Of a stretch of 64,000 bases of DNA, positions 44,053 to 59,297 are shown piece after piece. Source of the stretch: Eledone cirrhosa (Eukaryota). The position numbers were made by a program, and so were the translations under genes. The notes under the pieces are model-generated. The model worked only from the letters and a program-made list of their open reading frames with translations. It did no database searches and was not told the DNA's origin. Within the stretch, counting starts at the first letter, position 1; each line of letters starts with the position of its first letter. The stretch is from positions 16,182,001-16,246,000 of the forward strand of contig OZ024741.1 in the NCBI GenBank assembly GCA_964016885.1. The letters run 5' to 3'.

Positions 44053-44444
44053 TATAAATGAAAGGTATAGAAAGTATATATATATATAGTACTATACACA
44101 CCTCCCCTTTCATTCATCTCACCTCCATAAAACAGTAATGTGTGTTTTATAGCCACCAATAGGCAATTTAAACACATTTTACCACCGTCAACCCTCCTCG
44201 GTTGCTTTCCCCTAAAACACCCATATAACCTATGTATATATATATATTTAATAATATGTATGTGTATGTATATATACGTGTGTGTGTGTATAAATTATAT
44301 AAATATATATATATGTATATTTATATTTATATATATATATAATTATATTTTATATATATATAACATAGGTATATAACATACATATATCATATATATATAT
44401 ATAATTATATATATATACACATACGAATGTATGTAATTTATCCA

Positions 44445-44506
<62 letters not shown>

Positions 44507-44531
44507 GTATATATACATACATATGTATATA

Positions 44532-45348
<817 letters not shown>

Positions 45349-45367
45349 TATATATATATATATATAT

Positions 45368-45931
45368 ATGGTGGCTGCCAACTCGTTTTCGAGTACGGCC
45401 ACTACTTTATATCCATGTAGGAGAACCCCTACCGATGCGCTGAACGAGTGTGACTTTTTAATCCAGCCAGCGACTTGAAAACTCTGGTACAAACTCTACA
45501 CCTGTGACAGTTATTGAGACATAGTGCTGGGCCCATGGTACCATGTGATGACAAGTGCAGAGAGATCTCCAGATATAAAGCAATGCCTGTGCCGTGAAGC
45601 TTTTATAGTGAGCAAAGGCACTGCACAAAGCCAGTCCCACTCTCTTAACCAAGATGATATTTACCAAAAAGAAGAACAAGTCAACATCATTGGATACCAT
45701 CAGGGTTGCAGGTGTTATATCATAGTTTTCCTCCTCTTAGAATTCTGCCTTGACAAAGGCTAAGGGGTCATCTCCCCCGGTGATTTGGGATGGCCATTGA
45801 CTCTTAAGAGCTCCTTTGTCCTTTGACAGGTTTTGTTTTTAGTCCTGCAGGATGTCCAAAGTCACCCTCCTCGCCAAGAAACCTTGGTGGGGTTGCCAGT
45901 TTAGTCGCCAACGACCCGACCATGAGACAGG
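45368..45931 (-). mobile_element. Longest copy of the 22108 family
   Basis: Extends about 150 bp beyond the other two copies. Confidence 0.75.
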
Positions 45932-46370
45932 TATGTTAGTGTGTATGTTAGTGTGTATGTTAATGTTTATGTTAGTGTGTATGTCAGTGTGTATATTAGT
46001 GTGTATGTTAGTGTGTATGTATACACACAAACATACACACTAACATACACACTAACATACACACTAACATACACACTAACATCCACATTAACATACACAC
46101 TAACATACACACTGACATACACAATGACATACACATTAACATACACACTAACATACACACTAATATACACACTAACATACACATTAACATACACACAGTG
46201 TGTGTTAGTGTGTATGTTAGTGTGTATGTTAGTGTGTATGTTAATGTGTATGTTAGTGTGTATGTTAGTGTGTATGTTAATGTGTATGTCATTGTGCATG
46301 TCAGTGTGTATGTTAGTGTGTATGTTAGTGTGTATGTTAGTGTGTGTGTGCGTGTGTATGTTAGTGCGAG
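45930..46370. repeat. 12-bp minisatellite (GTGTATGTTAGT) with internal strand switches
   Basis: Direct, inverted, then direct blocks. Confidence 0.85.
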
Positions 46371-46439
46371 TGTTATATACGTATGTATTTAAATTATACA
46401 GATAGGTATATTTAAACAAACACACACCACACATGCACA

Positions 46440-46494
<55 letters not shown>

Positions 46495-46495
<1 letters not shown>

Positions 46496-47140
46496 TTTCT
46501 TCTTTCTTCTTCTTCTTCGTCTTCTTCTTCTTCACCCACTTATTCCTGATAGAGTCTTGGGGACAGAGTCCTCAAACACTCCCTTCAGCAGGTCTTGTAA
46601 GAAACAACCATCTCCAACTGATCCGGCTGGATCCCTAAACATGACCAGCTGAGTTCATGGATGTTATCCAACCATCTTGCTCGGGGTCTACCCCTGGATC
46701 TCTTGCTGGTTGGTTTGGGCCCCTAAAATCTGTTCAACGATCCTTTCCAGAGAATTCTAACCACATGTCCATAGTATCAGAGCTGTGATCAATTCGGGGA
46801 AGTAGTGGCTCTACCTGGAGTGACACTCTCATCTCCGAGCTACACACTCTATCGAGTAACGTTACTCAACAGGGAAGTAGTGGCTCTACCTGGAGTGACA
46901 CTCTCATCTCCGAGTTACACACTCTATCGAGTAACGTTACTCAACAGGGAAGTAGTGGCTCTACCTGGAGTGACACTCTCATCTCCGAGTTACACACTCT
47001 ATCGAGTAACGTTACTCAACAGGGAAGTAGTGGCTCTACCTGGAGTGACACTCTCATCTCCGAGCTACACACTCTATCGAGTAACGTTACTCAACAGAGA
47101 AGTAGTGGCTCTACCTGGAGTGACACACTCATCTCCGAGC
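46495..47140 (-). mobile_element. RTE 3' fragment with (GAA)n tail; 5' side expanded into about 4.6 copies of a 75-bp unit (46797-47140)
   Basis: Homologous to 16765 and 32735 fragments; 25-aa period in ORF 46805-47152. Confidence 0.8.
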
Positions 47141-47244
47141 TTCAAAAAGTAGTGACATAGTCACTACTTTAAAATAATAGCGCAAGGTCTTCAAAAGGTT
47201 TTTAATTAAACATACAGTATATCGCCAGATATACTATACATACA

Positions 47245-47306
<62 letters not shown>

Positions 47307-47319
47307 CATATATATATAT

Positions 47320-48062
47320 AAGAACTAAAGGACACACTCATAGGCAGGGACTACCCTGCATCACTAATTGACAATGGAATCCAACGTGCCCTAAAACTCA
47401 GTACCCAGGACATTAGACACCCTAAAGTAAATCAACCAAAACTAAAAGCTCTTCCATACATCTCCACACACAACCCCCTCAACAATGAGGCCTTTGACAC
47501 CATCCTCCAGAACATCCCTGTATTGAAAAAGGACCATAGAATGAACCAAATTCTACGAACACATGATATCATAAAGAGCAAAAGACAATCCAAGTCAATG
47601 AAAAACATCTTAACACATGCCAAAGTACTGCCAACCACAACAACGAAACCCACAGTAAAATAATGCGATAGACCCAACTGTGGCATTTGCATCAATCTAA
47701 TAGAGGGTTCGGAATTCTATTTCAAAGATGGACAACGTTTTATACTAAAACACAATTTCACATGTGCATCGGAAAATCTAATATATGCATTAACTTGTTC
47801 AGGTTGTCGAGAACAATACATAGGCCAGACCAAAAACAGCCTCCGCCAACGCATGACTGTCCATAGATCCCAAATCAAAATACGGGAATACAGGAAAATA
47901 CCACTGAGTGAACACATTGATACCTGTGCCGCCCAAAATCATCCCAACTTCAGAATCTTTCCCCTCTACAAATTTAAAGATAATGCCACCCACACCCAGC
48001 GCATCAGCAAGGAATCTTACTTCATTAACAAATACGGACCCCGTCTAAACACTTCTCCCTAA
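47320..48062 (+). pseudogene. PLE fragment (Neptune/Nematis-like linker plus GIY-YIG)
   Basis: CDRPNCGIC..FTCASENLIYALTCSGCREQYIGQTKNSLRQRMTVH..ESYFINKY.P.LN. Confidence 0.85.
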
Positions 48063-48208
48063 GACGAACCCACAACATACACACGTCAACATACATACCT
48101 ACATCAGCACACATCTCTACCTACATATAAACACAATGACATACGTAAACACACATGCTCTATGGTGCAACACAAAAAAATATATGTGCATATATGTATG
48201 TATATGTG

Positions 48209-48262
<54 letters not shown>

Positions 48263-48404
48263 ATATATGTATGTGTATATATATATAGTGAATATCATTT
48301 CACACCTTTTATTGTTAAGATTTTTGATGTTCTATTAAGAGAACCGATTTTACTGAAAAAATCGAATAATGTACACCATTTTACCAGGGGGAAAAAATAC
48401 AGGT

Positions 48405-48472
<68 letters not shown>

Positions 48473-48632
48473 ACACGCGTACATCAACATACAAAGAGAC
48501 TTATATATACACACACACGCACTTCTCCGTATAAGACAAAAGCTGAAAAATATCTTTTGACATGCTAAAATACCCCCCATTGCTTTCAGACACATTCTTA
48601 CTGACCATCCCTGCCACCATGAATTACTCTGC

Positions 48633-48709
<77 letters not shown>

Positions 48710-48778
48710 ATCTTAATAGCCATTTGACACACATCGCTGCTAACCATTATCACAACATCGAACACCTTACTACTACTA

Positions 48779-48816
<38 letters not shown>

Positions 48817-48929
48817 TTGTTGTGAAAGAGTCATTTCTCAATCTTGGCGCAAAACCAATTTTTTATTCACATGACCTCTACCGACCAATCAAAATTGTTT
48901 TGACCACAAGAATTTTTGCTGGAGCCACT

Positions 48930-48971
<42 letters not shown>

Positions 48972-48975
<4 letters not shown>

Positions 48976-50226
48976 AGAAGCAAAAAATTGCTTATTGTGA
49001 TCCAGTTTTTGGTTAAGAAAGCCAGTTTCATGGATGGTTTCAACGTACGGTTAGGGGTAACCCCACAAGTTTGTAAGAATTCCGTTCAATCTTGCAGTAT
49101 AAAGTATAAAAGAGAAAACACAGGTAAGCATTAAGAGAAGGATTTTATCCAGGTATTTACGACCGTTTCATTGGTAAGTGCAACCTTATATTGCTATACT
49201 GCAAATAGCATCCACTCAATTATAATTGTTGTTCACAGTCCAAATTTTCAAAATAGTAAGTTACTCTTGAAATAATTCTTAATATATAGAGAAAAACATT
49301 TATTTGGAATTGTATTTACTAGTATAGCGAGAGAGGAATCAGGAGGTGAGGGGACAGACGGCATAGTATAGAGAGAGAGGAAGGGGGAAGAGGTAGGAAG
49401 TAGAATGACAAACTGAGATGGAGGGAGGGGTAGAGGTGGAAGGATTCTTTGGTCAGTTTTGATAGCAGACTTCATGTCGTGGAGTGTAGCGAGTTAAAGA
49501 GAATTAAATTGATCATAGTGGGAGGGAGGGATAGAGAGGGAGAGAGGGGGGGGGGGTATAAAGAGATAAATATATATATATATATATATATAAAAAATAA
49601 AGATAAAGATAATAATGACAAAAATAAAAGCACAGAAGGGGGTGAGAAAGAAGAAAAGAAAAGATAGCCAAGAAGGGGAGGGAAGGAAGGAAGAAAACGA
49701 AGAAATAGAAGAGGAATGGGGGAGAAGAGGGGAATATATGTATTGGTTTTGTGGGTAATTAAAGGGTTTAGATATAAGAGGGTATATAGTCTAAGTATAT
49801 GCAGTTTGTCAGTTGGTAGTAAGAGGTTAAGGGTTCGATTTGTAGTGCGAAAACTTCTCTTTGAGTCTATGGTTACAATAAATTGATCTCTCGATTTTAT
49901 TGTTGAGTAACCTATTCTTCGAACTTAAGATGTGGAACAGCTCAAGGTTGCATAATCGACAGCTTCTCATACCACTCCGATATGGGGGCGCGTTCGATAA
50001 TTTTTTCCACTTCAGGTTGTATTGATGGTTACTTTCCCTCAGTTGCCAGGTCTTGTTTGCAAGGGTAGTTACATAAGGATGCTGGGAATGTTTCATTGCG
50101 TAACGATGTGTATACCATGCTATTTGCAGTATAGCAATATAAGGTTGCACTTACCAATGAAGCGGTCGTAAATACCTGGATAAAATCATTCTCTTAATGC
50201 TTACCTGTGTTTTCTCTTTTATACTA
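48972..50226 (-). mobile_element. PLE 3' fragment with inverted pLTR (49104-49210 vs 50117-50226)
   Basis: TLANKTWQL..LKWK..PY.SGMRSCRLCNLE..LLN..CNH; inverted terminal segment. Confidence 0.8.
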
Positions 50227-50231
50227 TATAT

Positions 50232-50585
50232 ATATATATATAAGTATGTATACCTACATACATATATGTATACAGACGTACAGTAGTATGTATATATATA
50301 TATATATACATACATGCACACATATATGTACGTATGGATTCACCGAACATTTATTATAATGCTCGGTGTGTTTGTAAACAAACATCCCGAATTAAGCCGT
50401 ACAGTGCCTAGCAACCATCGTTGCTCATTTGTTCAACACAGCGTTCCTTTGTCAGTGTTGAACAAATGAGCAACGATGGTTGCTGGACACTGTACGGCTT
50501 AATTCGGGATGTTTGTTTACAAACACACCGAGCATTATAATAAATGTTCGGTGAATCCATACGTACATATATATATGTGTGCATG

Positions 50586-50673
<88 letters not shown>

Positions 50674-50775
50674 CTACTGTACGTCTGTATACATATATGT
50701 ATGTACGTATACATACTTATATTTAAGTAACAGCCGTACTAAGAGTGGGAAATGAAATTTCGTTTCATTTTTTCC

Positions 50776-50776
<1 letters not shown>
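50232..50776. mobile_element. Fold-back element, family of 12515-12880
   Basis: Inverted arms around about 50445. Confidence 0.75.
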
Positions 50777-50873
<97 letters not shown>

Positions 50874-51065
50874 AAAAAGATCAACAAGGATTTTATTTGA
50901 AGCGTTTAATAGATTTGCGACCGTTTCGTTAGACTAACGAGAATATTCCATTCCTGTTATGTGTGTGTGTGCGTGTATATATGGGTATGTATGTATATGT
51001 GTATATGCATATTTATCTGTAAGTATATATGTATCTGTAAATACATATATATATGCATCTGTAAG

Positions 51066-51180
<115 letters not shown>

Positions 51181-51309
51181 TCACACACACACACATGCGT
51201 AATAACTTTAGGAATTTTACTTCACTCTTTTATTTATTTTATAATTCTTAAACTTATAATATATTATAACCACAGTTTTATTCTTAATATAGTCTGTCTC
51301 CTCTGTAAA

Positions 51310-51700
51310 TACTCTCGGGTCCCAAATAATACAGGGGTTGGAATAAGCGGGGCTAGAATAAACGGCTGGACGAAATTGGTAATTTTTCCAGGTTTTCTCC
51401 GTTGATTATTTTTTAAACCAGAATTAGTCGTTTAGTTTACATTCTGAGAACCCCAACCCATCCTATTTATTTTATAACGTATGGGATTTCTAGTAATGTA
51501 CTTTTTTATCCAGTATAATGTTTTTTTAACGTCTAAAGAAAATTAATTATCGCAGGAATGCTGCCACTTAAAATAAAATTTTGCCGGAGATAGATTAGCA
51601 AAATTTAATAAGTGGGGTGTGGGGGAAATAAGAGCAGATGGGTGGAAAGTGTCTGAAAAATGAATAAGCGTGGGGAGGTAATTATTCGTGACCCGAGAGT
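51310..51700. mobile_element. MITE with TIRs TACTCTCGGGTC.C.AATAAT
   Basis: Ends ACTCTCGGGTCCCAAATAAT / ATTATTCGTGACCCGAGAGT. Confidence 0.75.
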
Positions 51701-52382
51701 GCCTCATAATTTGTTATAAATTTCTTTGTCACTAAACCTTCATTTTATTATAGATATATTCATTACTGCTACATGCTTCCATAATTTTTTGTTGTTTTCT
51801 TAGTATCATCTATTAATATTAATTTTGTAACTTCCCTTAATAAGTGTAATTGAATTTAAAAGTTGCATTTATATACCTCTAGCTCTATATGAGTGTATAG
51901 TTTCAATACACTATAGTTTGTAGAATATCTATAATTACTGAACGTTATTTTTATCTTTATCACTGATAAATTTTAATTACGTTTTTAGGCTTCCATAAAT
52001 TTTAACGTTTTCCCTACAATATTTGAATGCATTTTCGCTGTTTTCTCTCACTGGAATTCTAGAACATGTAAAGTATTTATTCATTTGTATATTGATCTAT
52101 TCTGAATAGTTATTTTAACAGGAATTGAATAGTCTTAGTCTAACGGAACAGTCGTAAATCTATTAAATGTTTCAATTAAAATCCTTGTTAATCTTTATTT
52201 TTATATATATGCACTGTGATATTATAACTCTACCGTGATTGGAAACTTACCAATTGTATTAAACCCTGGATCGTCTTTTATCTATATAGCTGTGGACCCT
52301 AATATCTCAGTGAGCTTTTAAAATATTTTCTTTGCCTTTATATAGTTGTATTATCAACTCACTTAAACATTTTATCCACACT

Positions 52383-52499
<117 letters not shown>

Positions 52500-53299
52500 A
52501 TGTGTGTGTGCATGTGTGTGAGTATAGAGAGAGGGGGGGAGAAGACAAGATGTATGTATATTAATATTTAAAACAGCCATTATATATAATACACACACGA
52601 AGATACATATATAAGAATATTTGTACACACACACACACACACACACGAATGAGTGTTTTCGATAAACAGCTAGGGTGAGACTGTTTACGTATGTCTTTGT
52701 GTATTTTAGCCCTCTCCATTTCACAAATATATGTATTTTCTATAGAAGTGAGATTGAGTATATGTTTATACCCTTGTGTATAAAGCGTGTTTATAAAATC
52801 TCTATAAACACACATTTCTCTGTCGTATAACTGCAGTACCGTGTTATTTATTTCCAAATTTCCAACTATATCAAGACAGACAGAGACACTAAATAGTAGG
52901 TCATTATTATTATTGTTATTATTATTATTATCCGACGCCATTCTAACAATAAAAGAAATCGTTATTTCGTTGTTATTGTCGTAGTTGTTGCTGTTGCTGT
53001 CTTTTTTTTTGTTTATTATTTCGTCTCCAACGTCTTTCACCCTTCTGGCCAATACAAGAAACCATTCGTATATTTTTCCTACTATTAGTATTATTATGTA
53101 CGATTATTATTCTATTAGGGATATATTTTACCATTTTTATATTTTTTTCCTTTCCATCTCGTATATATGTTGTTTTTAATCTCCTGCGAGTAATCCAGCA
53201 CATATATACACTGTTTTGTCATGTACTGTTCTTCTTTCACCGTCATCTTGATAAATATATTTACCATATATATGCTGGAGTATAAATCGCAGAATATCT

Positions 53300-53480
53300 G
53301 ATGGAGAATATTGATGGTAAAATGGCGGCGTGTTGGGGCGGCTTATATACTCCATCTAAACAATGTGTTGATTAGCTGCCTCGGCTCATAAACGGGGTTT
53401 GGATTTTTACCTATTTCTCAAACATATAAAATAAGGGGCGACTTATATTCGGATCGACTTATGTTCGAGTATATACGGTA
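53300..53480. mobile_element. One end of a Tc1/pogo-type DNA transposon
   Basis: CGACTTAT..TCGAGTATATACGGTA terminus typical of this group (recall). Confidence 0.5.
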
Positions 53481-53810
53481 ATATTATTATTATTATTATT
53501 CAGTGAATTGGCAATATCAGAAGAGTGCTGGGCACCATGCTTCGCGGCATAAAGTTACTGCCCTTTACGTTCTAATTTCAAATCCCGTCGAGGTTAGCTT
53601 TGTCTTTCATCGAATTCATTGACCCAAATAGTAGAGCTGGTCTACATCATTGGATGCAAACGAAGTCGCAGATTTTATATCCGACTGACCTTCTCCTAGA
53701 GAGATGTCTTAATGATGACTAGGAGTCTCTCGCTCCACAAAATATACATACATACATAGATGCATACATACATACGTACGTACGTACATACATAGATAAA
53801 TACATGCATA

Positions 53811-54224
53811 CATGGTGGCTGCCAACTCGTTTTCGAGTACGGCCACTACTTTATATCCATGTAGGAGAACCCCTACCGATGCGCTGAACGAGTGTGACTT
53901 TTTAGTCCAGCCAGCGACTTGAAAACTCTGGTACAAACACTACACTTGTGACAATTATTGACACATAGTGCTGGGCCCTTGGTACCATGTGACGGCAAGT
54001 GCAGATAGATCTCCAGATATAAAGCAATGCCTGTGCCGTGAAGCTTTTATAGTGAGCAAAGGCATTGCACAAAGCCAGTCCCACTCTCTTAACCAAGATG
54101 ATATTTACCAAAAAAAAGAACAAGTCAACATCATTGGATACCATCAGGGTTGCAGGTGTTATATCAGAGTTTTCCTTCTCCTAGAATTCTGCCTTGACAA
54201 AGGCTAAGGGGTCACCTCTCCCGG
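53811..54224 (-). mobile_element. Third copy of the 22108 family, in (TACA)n
   Basis: Near-identical to 22108-22520 with the same breakpoint. Confidence 0.78.
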
Positions 54225-54288
54225 ACATACATACATACATACATACATACATACATACATACATACATACATACATACATACATACAT

Positions 54289-54614
54289 AGGAGAAGGAGG
54301 ACATCTACGGACCATTGATGAGGAGTTTACAAATCCAGTATCCAAGATACACCTTTAGCTTCATACCCATCATTATTGGAGCTACGGGTTATATACCAAC
54401 CCGCTTGGACCAAAGTATGACTGAACTTGGATTTGCGGACAAAAAGCGCAGCTCCCTAATTCATAGTCTACAAATGGCTGCGATAGCTGGCACCTTCAAA
54501 ATTTGCAAAACATTCTTGCGATTCAAGGGATGACAATTTCTTTTCTTTTACAACCTTGCCACCAGGAAGGTGGCCGGTCAAAAAAAATATACTCGAAATT
54601 AAGAGAAAGAGATA
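54289..54614 (+). mobile_element. 3' end of an R4/Dong-like RLE retrotransposon in (TACA)n
   Basis: PIIIGATGYIP..LQMAAIAGTFKICKTFL. Confidence 0.7.
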
Positions 54615-54698
54615 ACATACATACATACATACATACATACATACATACATACATACATACATACATACATACAAGCATGCATACATACATACATACAT

Positions 54699-56400
54699 AA
54701 ATGGGATGAAGAAAAATCTTGACCTGGTTACAACATTTTCAAAGGATATAGGAATGTTCATACATGACTGTAAAGCGGGGGAAAACAACAACCCAATCTA
54801 GCAACATTGTCATCAATGGCCTAACTGTTTCACCGATATCTGACGAGGGCTGCTACAGATACCTGGGGATAGATGAGCACATATCCTATAATGGTATTTG
54901 TAATAAGGAACGCGTAACCAGGAAATATTACACCCGATTAAGAAAAATATGGTCATCGGAACTCTCTGCGCACAAAACTGGAGTCACAATATGTTTGTTG
55001 TGCCTGTCCTAAAACCAAAGTTTGGAATACTCAATTGGACGATAGACGAAATCCGAGCAATTGATGTTAGAACTTGAAAAATTCTAAACAATGCCGGAAA
55101 TTTTCACATCAACAGTGACATAGACTGCCTCTACTAGAAACGTAATCAGGGAGGCAGAGGCCTAACATCAGTCCAGACACCATTTGAATGTTGCATCATA
55201 TCTCTCCGACATCTACGAACCTCCAAACGTAGGAGCCAATTTACTGAGCAAGTCTGTCTGCATGAGAGAGATAAGATCATGAGAGTTGGGAAGCAACTCA
55301 TTGAAAGATACTCCCTGCATGATAATCTAAACCAAGGAAATTGCCCAGCAATACCGCAGGATGAAAAACTGCATGCTTATCAGCAAAAAGACATGCAGGG
55401 ATATGTTGCAGGAAGCTCTAGAGTGAGAGTAATATAGATAAAGAAAGTAGTCTATCTTGGACCAACAACCGCTATATTGGCTCCCACTTTGAAGGATATG
55501 CTTTTGTAGCCCAAGAACAGGAAATCAACACAAAATACCTGATTCACAAAAGATATAGGGATGCAGGCAAAACACCTAGATGCGACAACAAATGCAGACT
55601 CTGCAGAGTTAACATCGAAGATGTCACCCATGTCATAAGCAGCTGTCCAAAGATGTCATCGCGGTACTATCTACCTATGAGGCATGATGTAATGGCCAAA
55701 ACACTGTACAATGCAATCCGTAGAAAAGATATCCCCGACAATAAACACATTAAAAGCTACAGCAATGTGGAAGACATATGCATATACTATGAAAGAATAC
55801 AGGTGGAATGTTCCAGTAAAAAACCCAATAAAATCCAGGCATAACAGACCAGATATTATATGGGACAGGGAAAAGAAGGTATGCACAGTAGTGGAAATTT
55901 GCTGCCCAGGAGATGTCAATATAATATCAAAGATTAGCGAAAAGGAGAATACCTATGCAAAACTAATGAGAAATCTGCAGATACTTCACCCTGACTACAC
56001 CTTCAGATTTATACCTGTGATTATTGGGGCACGGATATGTTAGTAACTGCCTCAATACAAATCTTGAGAAGCTAGGCTTCACAGGAACAGAAAGAACACA
56101 ACTAGTTAGGAAATTACAAGTACAATCCATTAATTGAACAGTAAAAATATGTAAAACATTCCAAAACTTCTGCATCTAATAACTGCATATACACTTGTAC
56201 AGATGCAAAGCATATACACATGCACACATACAACTCAAAACATACACATCCACACATACAATAACATCCATATCAACACATGCATGCATACATATCTACC
56301 TAGTTGATGTTGTGTAAATTCCAATGAGAGAGTTTTGAATCTATGTTAGAAACCGACTCTCTCTATTGGTAAACATTTATAAAATCATAAAACCAGAAGA
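54699..56400 (+). mobile_element. Degraded R4/Dong-like non-LTR element (RT thumb, CCHC finger, RLE) in (TACA)n
   Basis: YRYLGI, GGRGL, QEQEI, CRLC..EDVTHVISSC, RHD, NRPDII..VEICCP, EKENTY, IPVIIGA; stops and frameshifts. Confidence 0.85.
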
Positions 56401-57049
56401 ACATACATACATACATACATACATACATACATACATACATACATACATACATACATACATACATACATACACACATACATGATAGCTGCAGACTCTGCTA
56501 AGAGTATTGCAATTGCTTGGAGGATTATAGAGATTGGTGCACTTTTAGGCCACGGCCAGCCACACAAACCTGTAACATATCCTGAACAAGCAACGTGTAT
56601 GCTTTGAAGGTTTTTTTACGTGGGGAAAGGCCTTGCACTCGACCAATCCTACTCGCTAAGCATCGAAAACACTACCGGAAAAGGAGAACTGGTCAACATC
56701 ATCGGATGCTTCCGAAGCCGCAAGTTTTTTTTTTGCCTTTTTTAGAGTTTCCCTCTCCTAGAAAGGTGTCCTGACAACAACTGGGGCCTTTCGGGTGAAA
56801 AAAAAAGTACTATTTGGATGGCCGTTAACTCTGCTGAGTTCTTCCACCCTTTGTCGGGTCTTGTATTTCATCCTGCAGGGTGTCCAAATATCACCCTCCT
56901 CACCAAGCAAGCTTGGTGGGGTTGCCGGTTTAGTCGCCGACGACCCTTCATGAGATAGGTTGTACTGAGATACCAGTACACTCGAGAGCGACCTGACGTA
57001 GAAATAACATAACAGAATATATGTATTTACACTTTGCCAATGGATTAAT

Positions 57050-57200
57050 ATTTGGCATCTAATTGGTAGAGTCGGTAGAATGTCAGATAGAATGTTTTGT
57101 GACATTCGTTCCGACTCTCTGCTATCTGAGGTTAAATCCCGCCGATGTCAACTTGGCCTTTCATACTTTCAAGGTGGATAAAAAAAAGTACCAGTCTAGT
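57050..57200 (+). mobile_element. Old SINE copy
   Basis: Diverged SINE core. Confidence 0.6.
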
Positions 57201-57617
57201 ACTTGAGGTTATTCTTCCTCTATATCTCTGCCTCACTTCCTTTCTCTCACTTTCTCACTTTCATTCTCTGGAATAAATCTGCTGTATACCTGGAGAGGAG
57301 ATGGTGTCCACCAGGTTTGAACTGCCCAAGAAACACTGTATATCACTGCGGAGCCACTATGATACCATCGGCAGTTACGGGATCATACGTATCACGGAGG
57401 AATGTGGAAACTTTAACAATGTCTACTCCATAATAAGAACACTCTCGCACACAATGAAACTTGAGGGTGTCCTGTTCCATCAAATGAATTTATCTGAGTA
57501 ACGGCATTTTCCGAAAAATACTCAGTTATTTTGTTTGTAGCTAATTATTTACAATTATCTGGTACATATATATATGTGTGTGTGTGTGTGTTTGTTTGTA
57601 TATAAAATTATCTTATT

Positions 57618-57683
<66 letters not shown>

Positions 57684-57699
57684 AAAAATATATATATAT

Positions 57700-58078
57700 A
57701 TATTAAAATAACAGATTAAAGTTTAAGCAAAGAATCGCTGCTTTCACCCTTAACGATTGTTTTTCACCGCTCATATTAATGACGTATTATATTCGTTTTT
57801 TCCCGTTCTTTGCCAGGGAACGTTTCCACGAACCAAAGTATCGTCTTCCTGTCTTCCTCCGGTTGCAACGTTTTTTGAAATATCCAGTTCTGCGTTTACA
57901 GATTGACTTTGTTAGTTTCAGAAGATCCCGTTAAGGGTGAAAGCAGCGATTCTTTGCTTAAACTTTAATCTGTTAATTTAATAAATATTTGCTCTACGGT
58001 TCTTATATATTTGATATATATTTATCCTTATCGAGACCTCTTTGGATTTTAGTCTTCAGATTTATTATTATTACTATA
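57700..58078 (+). mobile_element. Fold-back element with CAGAAGA hammerhead at 57915-57963
   Basis: Same family as 36447-36688. Confidence 0.78.
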
Positions 58079-58083
58079 TATGT

Positions 58084-58262
58084 GAATTGGCAGTATCGGT
58101 AGAGGCTCGGACATACTTTCCAGCATAGTTACGTCCCTTTATAATCTGAGTTCAAATCCCGCCGAGGTTAACTTTGCCTTTCATCCATACGGGGTCGATA
58201 AAATAAAGTACCAGTAATGTACTGGGTAATTGCTGGCCTTGTGCCAAAAGTAGAAACAATTA
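58084..58262 (+). mobile_element. SINE copy
   Basis: Same family. Confidence 0.8.
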
Positions 58263-58283
58263 CTATATATATATATATATATA

Positions 58284-58573
58284 TAGTGAAATAAGATAAC
58301 AAGGACGATTGGTTACTCCTTCATTACGTTTATTGGTTGGTGACGCGAGTTTCGCCACTGATCAGCTCAAGGTTCGATCTGTATCGATCTGACCCGACTC
58401 TGTAATCCGCGGCTCGTCAGACCCCTTGTAATGTTAATGAAAAAAAATCGTCCTTGTTATCTTATTTCACTATAATACACTCTGTCTAGCTCTACACCTC
58501 GACACTGAAGTGAACCTAAACATTGAGTGCTCACCTGGGTGAACCTACAGTTACTCCAAGTTACACTCCCTGG
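58284..58573. mobile_element. Fold-back element; enlarged-stem-II hammerhead at 58339-58423 (-)
   Basis: GGT-CTGACGA-GCC...GGC-GAAA-CTCGCG-TC-ACC. Confidence 0.75.
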
Positions 58574-58604
58574 ATATATATATATATATATATATGTAGA
58601 AATG

Positions 58605-58653
58605 GCTTCTACAGGACTAGAGCTGTTTCATTCGGGAGAACTCATCAGGAAGC
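58605..58653 (-). ncRNA. Hammerhead ribozyme
   Basis: GCTTC-CTGATGA-GTTC tccc GAAT-GAAA-CAG ctctagtc CTG-TA-GAAGC. Confidence 0.85.
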
Positions 58654-58761
58654 TGGCAAGAGATGCCAACATGAATGGACCTGTTATTTTTATCTAAAGA
58701 CATTTTTTCCAATTCCATCCTGCCCGTCCCCTCAATCTATCTTATTTCTCATTCTTTTCTT

Positions 58762-58797
58762 TCTTCTGATGAAGGACCAGCGTCCGAAACGTCCAGA
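58762..58797 (+). ncRNA. Minimal hammerhead (second copy 59750-59785)
   Basis: TCTT-CTGATGA-aGGAC cagc GTCC-GAAA-CG-TC-CAGA. Confidence 0.72.
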
Positions 58798-59195
58798 CCC
58801 TCTTCCTGCTATATCAAGCGTTAACCTAATATATCCCTTCCATATACTGTACCGATTGTGTTGTTATTTCTGTTTATTCATATTATGAATAAACGAAGTT
58901 AATTTAACCTGTTGACTTACACTTCTTGTTTTTACATTACTCCGGGGTAAACAGTTCCTCCTGAGCACTTCATTAAGTGTTCTAACCTGCATTCTGAAGT
59001 GTCGGTAAGCAACCTACACATACTCAAATTTATATATGTATGTATATCTCCCCTGTTTGCTGAAAATTTAAAGTAAGTGAGACTGTCACTACTCTAAAAC
59101 AATAACGTAAGGTCTTCGAAAGGCTTTTAATTAAGCATACAGTGTATTGCAAAATACACTATATATACATTCATATATATATATATATATATACA

Positions 59196-59297
<102 letters not shown>

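Noticed and set aside
45855-45931. HDV-like ribozyme suggested by CCCTCCTCGCC
   Set aside because: Could not build the P1/P1.1/P3 nested pseudoknot by eye on either strand
46797-47140. CRISPR-like appearance of regular repeats
   Set aside because: Head-to-tail 75-bp units with no unique spacers, no cas genes, eukaryotic context
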